This document shows, in pieces, positions 23,411 through 33,742 of a stretch of DNA of 64,000 bases (its first letter is position 1; each line of letters begins with the position of its first letter). The notes below the pieces were generated by a model, which saw only the letters and a list, made by a program, of their open reading frames with translations, had not been told where the DNA came from and did no database searches. Source of the stretch: Entomortierella parvispora E1425 (lineage: Eukaryota > Fungi > Mortierellomycota); NCBI GenBank assembly GCA_020891255.1, contig BQFW01000010.1, forward strand, positions 806,001-870,000, written 5' to 3'. Made by a program: the position numbers and the translations under genes.

Positions 23411-26401
23411 TTAGAGAGATGTAGGCAAGAACCCAAAGTGATTGTGCTGTTGCTGCTGCTGTACATGCGTCGGTTGGAAGCGCGTCTGGGGAGATTGGGG
23501 AGAGAGCATAGAGGTCTGTTGAAGGCTCGACTGAGTAAACGGATGCTGCTTGTGAGTCTGCGATTGGAAATGAAGAGGCATCTGTGGGTATTGAGGGTAA
23601 GACATTGTTTGCTGCTGCTGTTGTTGTTGTTGCTGTTGTTGCTGTTGTTGCTGCTGTGACGATCGAAGAGATGCACTTCCAAGCTGCTGATGTTGTTGGG
23701 GGTGAAGAGGCACTGAGCACGACTGCTGACTAGCGGAGGAATCCTGGGCATATGTTGGGTAGTAGAAGGGGCTCATGGGACTCAAGGGTGATGACACCGA
23801 CTGGCGATGAGGATGTGGCGACGAGGGCGAATTGGTGGAGCTGGAGGAACTTCCACCTTGAAAAGACGTGCTCAAGTGTGGAGGGGGAGAGTGCGACAGC
23901 GATGGTCCACCATTATTGCCACTATTTTGGACCGATGTGGGATTGACTGCATACATCCAGATTCGAGTCTTGTAGATTTTAAAGAGGTCACGGACCAATT
24001 CCCTGAAATCAATCCTGCGTTTAGCAACAAAATAGAACGTCAATTTGCGGCGATCCCTAAAGAGAAGAGCCATTGGATGGCGAACGGTTAGAGCCAGTCA
24101 AAATCAAATTTGAACCCGGGCTGATGAATTCATACCATTGATATTCCGCGTTGACAACTTCCATAGGAAGTCGTTTATGTCGGACTTTGGTTTGGCAGAT
24201 CACCATAGCTTTGAGTTCGTCCTGGTCCTTAATTGCGAGTAACGATATTTCAGAAGGATGCGCCATTCGAAAGATCCGCTTGGGCTGAATGTCTTTGGGC
24301 GCTCTATGACCACCACTGCCGTCCTGAAGGGCTTGAAGGGCAGCAATCTCAGCCTGCCTGGCCTGCAAGACTTTAATTTGCTCTGGTGTAATAGAGTCAT
24401 TTGTAATCTTGCCCAGATCCTTGCCACGGTCAGCCTCAACCATCACATAGTCTCCCACCTGTAGAGCTAGCCCACTATCCTCGGTTACATAGAAAAGGTC
24501 GCTTCGACCTGCCTTGAATTCAACCACGTATAGAGCCCCACGGTTCGGTAGCTCGCTTAGTGCCAATCCTCTGGCACTCTCTCCTGGGACAGACCTATGT
24601 TGCATATAATCCTCGGTTTCATAGGGATCATCCTCACTTTTCCACGGATGGGTGTTACTGTCATCCAGTTGAAGGTTCTCTAGAGAGGTTGATAGGTTGA
24701 AAGGAGCTGGGCTTTGGCGAAGATATGAACCACTTGGGCCAGCCACAGAGTGTCTTCGGGGTGTTTGATGATATACTTGATCATTTTCCATTCTATTCAT
24801 TACATCGAGGAGAGAGATTGGGCTCAATTAAGAGGGGCAACAAACCAGGGTCCATAGTTTTCATCGATAATGATAAATGATTAATGTTACCGATTATATC
24901 CAGAATTAAGTGAGAGAGGTCCAACAGTTTCATTATTTTCGAGAATCGAGTCGAAGGGTTGATATCCTGTCGAAGGTTCTAGCGAAAAGCGCCGAGGAGT
25001 CGTTGTTCTCTCTCCAAGCTGATCCCTAGCAAGATGCGATTGAAATGGACCAGTATTGTCCCAAATTCCAGGCTGATATCCCGAGGTAGAGGTCAAGGAG
25101 CGTCGATGGTTTGGGGGCAGCTCTTCCAGGCCACTGGCGGCGTGGGACCACGATATCGGCCCTCCTGAGAGCTTACGGTTCAGAGATACACGCTCCTGGG
25201 ACGCGGAGTTCGACTCTGGGAAAGGTGCCTGAGCTCTAGAGAACAGATCCTGTACTCCGGCATCGCCGAGAGATGTAACAGGATATCCGGCAGAGAAAAA
25301 GGCCGAGCCCTGAGCAGCCGAGGTCGAGAAGCTTCTGGTGCGAATCATCCGAGGCTCAAACGAGTCCTCAGACTCTTCTTCCATGGTTGGCAATGGTGGG
25401 CGGTATCGAAGCACGTCCTCCTCGTCCAGATCCGGAGCTGAGCTTGCAGACGTGTGCGCAAAGGAGAAACTTGGTTCTGAAAAAGAAAGACTGCGCCCAG
25501 TTCTGGTGGCCCCAAAGCTTCCGCTTTCTATAGATCGGGTTGGCGGCACTGCGAAAAGAGAATCCCGGGTCCGCATCACTCCTTTGCTGGGGCCTGCATT
25601 CACTACGGCATTGTCGGCAGAGCGACCGCTCCAGATACTAGAGAGGCTCACAGAAGATTCGAGTCCACCGCCATTTTGTTTCAAGCTGCCCCTAGGTGGG
25701 CCTGCGGTCTGTCCTCGGTCGTTCAAAGAGATCCCGTTTGCGAACCTGTTGTCTCCTACAATAGGGCTGAGAGAGCTAATGACGGCAGGTCTACTACTTC
25801 CAATGGTTCCTGTGCTCGAGCTTTTGAAGTGGAGCGCCTGAGGCGTCAGTGAGGGGTCTAGTGCAAAAGGGGATGCTATCGCACCCAAGGTTAAGTCAAA
25901 TTTACTACGGGGGCTCTCCAACGCGCTGGGTGAGCCAAAGGTGGTCCTGTGAGGGCCAGTCTGGATACGATGAGGTGGAGGCTGCTTATGCTGCGGCGTT
26001 GTTGGCGAGGCTGGGGTGGAGGTGGAGGATGCGGTCGAGGACGAGGATGAGGACTCGGTGCCTGTGCCAAGCGAAGCCGAGGACACCATTGAGTCGGTCA
26101 TATCCAACGGGTCTGAATAGAGAAAAGCCATGTTGTTTGAGCTGAAATCCGGCCGGGGCTGATTCCTGTCGTTGTCTGTCAAGGCTGTTGAATCCAAACT
26201 GTCGTGAAAGGACCGAGCACGTTCGCGACCACGCTCATGCTCTTGCTCTCGCTCGTGCTCTTCTGGCGGCGACAGGAGGGGTCTCCTTGGAGGGCTGCCA
26301 ACTATCTTCCAGCTCTCGTCTGCAGAGAAGGGTTTCTGGGTTTGAATGGGTTGTGGCGAGACGATGGGAGGAGTGACCAAGCCCGATTGCTTGTTCTCCA
26401 T
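23411..26401 (-). CDS. PSP1 C-terminal-domain protein with long Ser-rich N-terminus and polyQ tail; 3 exons
   Basis: LYVVEFKAGRSDLFY, VMVEADRGKDLG, PKRIFRMA, LPMEVVNAEYQW|DRRKLTFYF...RIDFRELVRDLFKIYKTRIWM, matching the PSP1 domain. Confidence 0.9.
23611..23657 (-). repeat. CAG/CAA trinucleotide repeat encoding a polyglutamine tract
   Basis: + strand gctgctgctgttgttgttgttgctg...; the translation shows a run of about 15 Q. Confidence 0.9.
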
Positions 26402-26902
26402 CGCGTTTAACTGGTGGATGTTGCCGGAGTGTATTCAATGTACTGGGCCAAGAAAACGTAGGTGGTGGTACGGATGGGCAGGATGGGCAGGATGAACAGG
26501 TAGGACTGGACACGAGGGGGCCCTTTGCTGTCTGGCTTGTCTGTCTTTTCTGTCTTCAGGTGAGTCCACTCTCGAGAGTCAAGGTGGCCTTGACAGCAGC
26601 GACCTGGAGAACGTCGGCCGTTGGTGGAAATGGAAAGAAACGAGCAATGGCAGCGAACAAAGATGACTGCGGACAGGCAAGGTTGAAGCGGGCACTGGGC
26701 ACTGGGCACTCGAGGAGAAGAGAAGAACGAGAGAGAACGAGAGAACGAGAAAGAAGGAATGAATAAGGGATGAAGAGAAGGGGCGAGAGGAATGAATGAA
26801 TGAACGAATGGACAGAGCAAAGGGAGGAAAAGAAAGAAAGGAAGAGGGGAGGAAAGAGAGCAAAGAGTGGATGTGTGCAGGTGGGTGTGTGTGCGTTCAA
26901 GT

Positions 26903-26973
26903 GTGCAAAGTGTGCAAAGTGCGCTGTCTGCGTGCAAGTGTGCTGTCTGTGCAAGTGTGCTGTCTGTGCAAGT
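26903..26973. repeat. Short tandem repeats upstream of the PSP1-domain gene
   Basis: GTGCAAAGT x2 (26903-26920), a 19-nt variant unit, then GTGCTGTCTGTGCAAGT x2 (26940-26973). Further SSRs at 27030-27077 (TTGC/TTGCTTTCG). Confidence 0.85.
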
Positions 26974-27775
26974 GCAAAACCCCTACACCCCTTGGCAGAC
27001 GGACTGGGAGAGAGGGTTCATTGCTTGGGTGCTTTCGTTGCTTTCGTTGCTTGCTTTGCTTGCTTTGCTTGCTTGCTCGGGGCAGGACCGAATCGTCCCC
27101 CTTCTCTTCTCTCTCCCCACTCTCCACTCTCCACCCTCCCCTCAAACGGCAGGGCAGAGCAGGGCAGAGCAGGGGCAAGAGAAGAGAAAGGAGGACAGGG
27201 TAGGGAGTGTGTGCACCTCGCGACGTCCTCTTCTGGAGAGCACCGCCTGGTCGCTGGTTGGTCCCACCCCCTTCCTTACATCCCTCTTTGTGCGACGTGG
27301 ACAGAGGTGGACATGGCCAGTGAACAATTGTTTCTCCACATGTCGTTTCTCTGTCTCTCTGCAGACACACACAGCCGTGATGCTGTTGTGATGGGATCAT
27401 CCACATCATCAGCACGATAGCAACATGCCCACCCCCCTATCATCATCAATTTTTCACCTGTCCGTCTCTTTCTGCGCCCAGGCCACCGTCACTTTGGCTC
27501 CGCGCGTTGATTGATGATTGATGATTATTGATGTAAGGTTTCGCCTTCGATGCGGCACCAAGAGTCTGCAAGGGCGCTTCTTGACGGCAGACAGTCTGCC
27601 CACACTGCTCAATGGATCAACAGTCCGTAGCAGAGCAGCGCTGCTTGTCAACGCTGCTTCTGACTGTTGCCCGATGAAAGGGTATAAAGCCATCCTTCTC
27701 AGCTCACCCACTTCAAGACTCGGCTCGTCTCCTTCGCTCCAACGGCTGGCTGCAAGCCTGCGGCCTGAGCGAGTT

Positions 27776-27784
27776 ATCACGTGA
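27776..27784. promoter_or_regulatory. ATCACGTGA E-box upstream of the NDUFAF7-like gene
   Basis: 89 nt upstream of ATG 27873. Confidence 0.6.
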
Positions 27785-27872
27785 GACAAGCCACCTTTTT
27801 GTCGCCTTTCTCCTCCGAGGGCGATCTGCGACATGAAAGCTCGATCCCGCTTGTCAATCATCACCATCGACC

Positions 27873-29558
27873 ATGTCAACCCTGCAGCGACTCTCGGGAG
27901 GAATCGCTAGGAGTCCCTTGAAGGGCAGATATGACTGGAGCCCGTCCAAGGATCTCGCAACAAGACGCCACTATTCATTCTGCTCATTCCATCATCTTAC
28001 TTCCAAGTCCCAGGGGCCACGCCCTCGCGTGGGCCAACTCTATACCGTTGCTCCTTCATCATCATCCAGGTCTCCCCTCCCCAGCACATTCTGCCGTCCT
28101 GTACCATCTTCGGCCTCGCAAGTTTCTGGATTTCATACCTCGGCTGCCCGTTGTAACCTAATCGAGGATCCCCGACACACACCCGCAAAGATTGCCGCGC
28201 GCGCCAAATACCCAATCCTAACTGCGAAGGATACTGCAAAGAGCAAAAACATGCCATTGGAGGCCAAGATGTTGGTCAGAGACTTTATCGATGATTCACT
28301 TTATCACCCTCACTATGGATATTTCTCCAAACAGGCCGTTATTTTCTCACCAGAGACCGACTTTGAGTTTGAGAAGATGAAGGACAATCTCGAGTTCATG
28401 GATGTGATCGCAGACAAGTACAAGGAGATTGAGGATGATATGGATGTTCGAGATGAAGTCGCTCGACAGGTCTGGCATACTCCAACGGAGCTGTTCAAGG
28501 TAAAGTAGAGGAAGGATAGCGGTCAATGATTGACTAAAATTTTATTCTGACGACTTACCTTTTTTTATATTGTTTTATAGCCCTGGTACGGATACGCCAT
28601 CGCAAAGTACATCGTGACAGAGTACAAGCTCAATAACTATCCTCACAAGGATCTGATCATTTATGAAATGGGAGCAGGAAACGGGACATTGATGTTGAAT
28701 ATCCTTGACTACATTCAACAGTACGAACCCAGTGTCTATGAAAGAACCCGGTACAGGATCATTGAAATTTCCAAGAAGCTGGCACAGCGTCAAGGAGAGC
28801 GTCAGGAGGTGCGGGATGCACGCAAGCAGCATTCTTGCGTCGAGATTATCAACAAGAGCATCTTTGAGTGGGATACGCACGTACCAGACCACTGTTTTTT
28901 TGTCGGCATGGAGGTCTTGGACAATTTTTCACACGATTTGATCCGCTACGACACTGTCACGGAAGAACCTTTGCAGGGCATGGTCTCTATTGACGAAGAA
29001 GGCGAATACACCGAAATTTACACCCCAGTGTCCGATCCTTTGATTCAAAAATATCTCTCGATCCGACGTCAGACTGGATACCGACCTCCTGTTCTCTCCA
29101 GGAGGTTCTTGAGACGTTTGAGGAACAGATTACCATTTGCACCCAACATGACGGGACCTGAATTTATTCCCACAAAGTTACTTCTCCTCCTCGAGACTCT
29201 GAAGACCCACTTCCCAAAGCACAGACTGGTCTTAAGCGACTTTTTCACCTTGCCAGAGGCGATTCCCGGGACAGATGCACCAGTGGTACAGACTCGTTAC
29301 AGTGGAACGATGGTTCCTTGCTCGACGTATATGGTCATGCCAGGAATGTTTGACATCTTCTTCCCCACCAACTTTGAGCTCTTGCGGGATATGTATCAGG
29401 AGGTCTGTAGACCCGCACTGGGCATGGAGAAGTCAGTCAAGGTCCAAACCCAGAAAGAGTTCTTGGAGCGCTATGGCGATTTGGAAAAGACGAGAACTTA
29501 TAGCGGCGAGAACCCCATGCTGATGTATTATGAGAACAACAAAATGTTCCTGAGCTAG
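27873..29558 (+). CDS. NDUFAF7/MidA-family (DUF185) mitochondrial SAM-dependent methyltransferase; 2 exons
   Basis: Basic mitochondrial-type presequence; RDFIDDSLYHPHYGYF, TPTELFK|PWYGYAIA, IYEMGAGNGTLM (SAM motif), EVLDNFSHD, DIFFPTNF. Intron ~28500-28580. Confidence 0.9.
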
Positions 29559-29839
29559 GGAGTTTCATAATTAAATAATGTTACATAGACCTATAATACC
29601 TTTTGCAGATACTATTCAAGAAAACAAAAGAGGGAGCAGGAGCAGAGCGAAGGCAGGTAGTGAAAAGTGCGTGCTGGATGCTGGAATCGAGAGGATTTCA
29701 GGCGAGGATGAAGAAAATTAAAGCTCACTAAACCACCCTCAGGGGGCCTGCAAATGCAAATGCAAATGTTAATGAGAGATATCGCTGATATTGCTCGCTG
29801 TCGAAATGGGGCTATATCGATGAGGTAAGAACGCACGCC

Positions 29840-30342
29840 ATCTTTCTCTGTTGTAATACCGGTGTTGGGAAAAGTTCTCTGGCCAACGCCCTTGAGACAG
29901 AATTCAACGCGGGCTTTTCTTTTGGACAATGATAGATAAAGGAAGTTCAGTATTGTGAGCTCAACATCGATGGGGACAACGTGTGGTACTTGATGCACCG
30001 GGAGTGCATGAGGCTTCGAAGCAAAACGCGTTTGAAACTCACGTGCCTCACTAGATCGCGTTCGTTGTGACTTCCAATGCACGATGACCAGCGCAGGGTG
30101 TTGCAGTTATCGACAAGGTAGTGCATTCTGTCAGGACGTCGGACGATTCTCCGATCGAATACGTGCGCATCATTAATCAGATCATGAAGGAGCACCTGTG
30201 CCACTTCCAGAACATGGAGACTTTGGAGACTATGGTTCAGATGCTTGTTGTATCTACAGAAAGTAAACCAACATTCTCGACCACGCCATGCTGTCTCCAA
30301 GTTCCGATCACCTCAGAAAATGCCAACTTGGAGAAGGTATAA
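29840..30342 (+). pseudogene. Decayed AIG1/GIMAP- or septin-like P-loop GTPase
   Basis: IFLCCNTGVGKSSLANAL...FNAGFSFGQ** (G1, stops 29930-29935), a frameshift, VVLDAPGV (G3, 29992), in-frame stops at 30052 and 30085, then IAFVV...VIDKV...YVRIINQIM (G4 region). Confidence 0.7.
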
Positions 30343-30574
30343 GCGCTTTCAATAATTGTTTGCAACAGAAAATGCTCGCGGAGTATTGATCAGTTTTTAT
30401 GTTTCATGGGTCATCAGTTCGGTTCTGGTCGATAGGAATGTTTAAGGGAGGGGTATGTTTGTACGCTTGGTTATGCTCTGAAGAAGATGGTATCTTTAAT
30501 TGTGTAGTAGGTGTATGGCCTAGCATTCATCAGGATGAGAGTGGTGGCAGTAAATTATCAGCGAGAGCTTTTGC

Positions 30575-33262
30575 TCATTCTTCAACAATCTCAATTCCAG
30601 GGATAGCGGCCTTGAAATGTTCTGTCAAGGCTGTTGTCCTTGCATCAAACTGGATACCTTTGATCTTGAACCCCTCCAGGCCTAGAACTCTTTTCAGTTT
30701 CGGCCATTTTTCTCGCATCCACTTGACTTCCTCATGTCTCAACCGATGGTCCAATGCCTTGATGCCCAGCGTCTCTAACTTGGATAGATTGGACAACTTG
30801 TTCAAGCCTAAATCGAGTGATAAGCTGAGGGTGTTGGGGACAGGCTTATCCATCCTCCGGTGTCGCTGAAAATCGGGTCCTCTATGGTCGTCATCCATCA
30901 GGTACTGGTGCACATCCAATGTCTCGCGCTGACCGTCCGCAGAGAAAGTCAGCCCTGGGAATGATTCGTGCAAAAAGACGAACTCTGTCTGGAATTTCAG
31001 AAAAGTGCAGCGCTGACAGCCAAGATCCAAATGGTAGAGTGCCGTCAGTTGCCCAATTGCTCCCAAAACCCGATCCTGGAGTTCCTGTGAATGCTCGTAC
31101 TGGCTTAGAATGGCCTGCCTCTCTTTGGTAAGCGTCGCTCGACCGGTAGCAGTGGTCCTTTGCTCAACAGAAAGGTAGCTCAAGATGCGCTCCTGGTCCT
31201 CTGTCAAGCGTGGAACCTCATGAATTTCGCACTGCAAAACTTCTAACCCGAGACATACCCAAGACAGCTTGTTGGTTGCTGTTAGCATATCCTGCGCTCG
31301 AACCATGAATCCTCTTCCTCGAATAGTCCGTAGACGCGAGCATCGTGTCATCAATAGCGTCATCTCTTGATAGCAGGTTTCCTTCAGGTTGAACTGTATG
31401 TGCTCCAAGGTTCCTGCACACCCTGTCGCCAGGGCTTTAACGAGTGTCCTGCTTCCTGTCGTCAGTTCAAGGCGAACCAGGTGAGGTACATATTGCATGA
31501 GAGAAGCGAGAGACCATGGGCGAGCCATGTTATGACATATTCGAATTTTTTGGAGGCGGGTCAACTGGTAGGGCTGGGCAACCCCTATCGGGCCGCCTCG
31601 AGAGAAACCGACCCTGCGATCCCGATGACTCTCCTGTCCGATGAGTTTAACAACAAAGAGGCTCTCCAGTCGTGGCATTCTTTGAAGGTGATTCCATAAA
31701 TGTGTCATTGAACGACAATTGGGGATAGTGAGATCTGTCAGAGCCTGAAAGACGACAGGGCAGGTCGCCAATCCGGATAAACCACCGATAATCCTCATGG
31801 TTTTCAGCTTCTGGTGAACGAGAAAGGATTCACTCTCTTTCGAAAATGGGGCAGAGCGACTGGGGTTAAAGCCAGGTGATCGAAATTCCTTGACAAGTAA
31901 ATCGTGGTAGGCCAAATCCTGGGAACTTAGTGGGGCTACAGAACAATCTTCAAGGCAGCGTAGCAACCTCAATTTCTCAACACATGGAAACAACTCCAAC
32001 AATAGCCGTAAATGTCTGCACTCCATAGACAAATTGGTCATATCAAGAGCTTGTATGTGACAGTTTTGATACCGAAAGCCCAAAGGGTCCTTTACGTACC
32101 ACAACTGGTACAATGGGAACATGGAGCGACTCGAATAGGTATAGGAGCGTACCGCCGCCGTCATTCCATCCTTAGATCCAGCACATCTGGCGCTGCTCCT
32201 GTTGCTGCTGGCTTTGGTCAATACTCGTAAGATTACACAATCGTCCGCTGACGTCCCCAATGCCAGATGTTTCAAATCCTTGAGTGTTGCCAGGGCCCTT
32301 GTCAGGAATAGCTCTCCAGTGGAATCGAGCTTGGATAGGCCCATACCCCAGCGACTCTCTTCTTGACTGCGGTCTGTGACTCCAGAAAAAACAACGCTGG
32401 CGTAATTAAGGGAAGCTGCGGTAGGATTTGACCATTTCACGGCTTCTGCATTGGCTTCATGAAAATCCCACCCCTTCCGAATATCTGCACATTGCAGAGG
32501 CAAAATCATTAATTCGTGATAACGCCTCTCCCAGGACAACGACACTAGATTGGGATTGTTCAGGGCGAGGCGCCAACAGGCTCGTGTGAGGTCCAAGGCG
32601 CATTCCGATGGAATGGGCTGTCTCTCCGACCTGGACTCAATCTTGCGACTGAAAGCATCACTCGGGGGGTTGTGTGGATCAAGCGAATCAAATGCAGGTA
32701 TGAGCGGACAGTCGGTACTAACCATCAAAGGCTGAGAGAGAATAGTTTTCGCCCAGGATCGGGCTGTGTGGAGGTCATTCCTCTGCGCCAGGTAAAACAT
32801 CAACTCCAAGAGATGGCCCATGCTAGACTCCAAGGCTAAATCGATGGTATAGTGATGATGAATATGAAGGGCTCGGATTCGGTGTTGATGCCTGTCCCAA
32901 ATTTCTCTCGCTCGGCTCTGTATCGGGGTTGGCACCACGCGACAGTAAATCAGAGGCCGCGACCGCTCCCCATGATCCTGTCCAGAGGGCTGTGGCTGTT
33001 GCTGCGGTAGAATAGACCACTCTTTCGGGTTCTGCGTCGCTGGCATCGAATAGAAGGCAGCCAACCGAATCAAATCGCGGAACGCGGGATGATTGTCATC
33101 AACGTTATACCACAGAGAGTCCAGAAAAATGGACCGCCAGAGTCTCGAAACTTTGGCACAATGTGATAGGTGAAGTAAGTCTTCTATGTTGTGTGAGTCT
33201 GCTGGAGGAAGAAGATGGAGAGCAATCAGCTTGAGAATCTCAGGGATCTGTAGGGCCCCCAT
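30575..33262 (-). CDS. F-box-like/LRR-like protein (895 aa), intronless, Mortierellaceae-type expanded family
   Basis: N-terminal LQIPEIL..I...L...CAKVSRLWRSIFLDSLW (F-box-like). C-terminal WVCLGLEVLQCEI and LSLSLDLGLNKLSNLSKLETLGI...HRLRHEEVKWMREKWPKL motifs. Confidence 0.85.
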   Translation of the reverse strand: MGALQIPEILKLIALHLLPPADSHNIEDLLHLSHCAKVSRLWRSIFLDSLWYNVDDNHPAFRDLIRLAAFYSMPATQNPKEWSILPQQQPQPSGQDHGERSRPLIYCRVVPTPIQSRAREIWDRHQHRIRALHIHHHYTIDLALESSMGHLLELMFYLAQRNDLHTARSWAKTILSQPLMVSTDCPLIPAFDSLDPHNPPSDAFSRKIESRSERQPIPSECALDLTRACWRLALNNPNLVSLSWERRYHELMILPLQCADIRKGWDFHEANAEAVKWSNPTAASLNYASVVFSGVTDRSQEESRWGMGLSKLDSTGELFLTRALATLKDLKHLALGTSADDCVILRVLTKASSNRSSARCAGSKDGMTAAVRSYTYSSRSMFPLYQLWYVKDPLGFRYQNCHIQALDMTNLSMECRHLRLLLELFPCVEKLRLLRCLEDCSVAPLSSQDLAYHDLLVKEFRSPGFNPSRSAPFSKESESFLVHQKLKTMRIIGGLSGLATCPVVFQALTDLTIPNCRSMTHLWNHLQRMPRLESLFVVKLIGQESHRDRRVGFSRGGPIGVAQPYQLTRLQKIRICHNMARPWSLASLMQYVPHLVRLELTTGSRTLVKALATGCAGTLEHIQFNLKETCYQEMTLLMTRCSRLRTIRGRGFMVRAQDMLTATNKLSWVCLGLEVLQCEIHEVPRLTEDQERILSYLSVEQRTTATGRATLTKERQAILSQYEHSQELQDRVLGAIGQLTALYHLDLGCQRCTFLKFQTEFVFLHESFPGLTFSADGQRETLDVHQYLMDDDHRGPDFQRHRRMDKPVPNTLSLSLDLGLNKLSNLSKLETLGIKALDHRLRHEEVKWMREKWPKLKRVLGLEGFKIKGIQFDARTTALTEHFKAAIPGIEIVEE

Positions 33263-33415
33263 GTCGATGGGGATGAAATGTGCGATGAATGATCAGAAGA
33301 AAAACATCTGATCAACAAAAAGGCCGAAGTATTGCACTGCCACAATTTTGGGCCTAGATTTTTTTTATTGAAGAGTTATTGTGCATGTCAATTGTTTCCG
33401 CGCGCGAAAAATAAC

Positions 33416-33433
33416 TATTTCGGGCCCGAAATA
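33416..33433. repeat. Perfect 18-bp palindrome TATTTCGGGCCCGAAATA
   Basis: Self reverse-complementary, checked base by base. Confidence 0.95.
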
Positions 33434-33462
33434 TATTTCCACCCTTGGTTTAAATAATCTCC

Positions 33463-33498
33463 GTTGTTTCTAGCACAACTTCTTGTGCTAGAAACAAC
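33463..33498. repeat. Perfect 16-bp inverted repeat with 4-nt loop
   Basis: GTTGTTTCTAGCACAA-CTTC-TTGTGCTAGAAACAAC. Confidence 0.95.
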
Positions 33499-33742
33499 AG
33501 GAATTAACAACTCGAGACCCTCTTTATATATTTCGAGGTGGACTATCCCCCGAGGAACAGTTTTCACGTTGCTGAAAGGAGTGGAAAGAATACAAAGAGT
33601 AACCTTCATTGCACTCTTTTCTCGCTGACCATGGCCCATATTTAAGGTTGCGGCCATTTAAAGGTCGACTTTTGTCATTCAAAGCGCGGAAACACATGAA
33701 ATGCACAATATGGTATTAAAATTTATAGATGTTACCGCTATC

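Noticed and set aside
24820-24830. Apparent GAG 3' splice site in the PSP1-domain gene
   Set aside because: A downstream in-frame TAG acceptor (AATAG|AATGGAA) explains the junction canonically.
33463-33520. Hairpin as a Helitron 3' end
   Set aside because: No CTRR about 11 nt downstream on either strand, the stem is AT-rich, and there is no Rep/helicase remnant.
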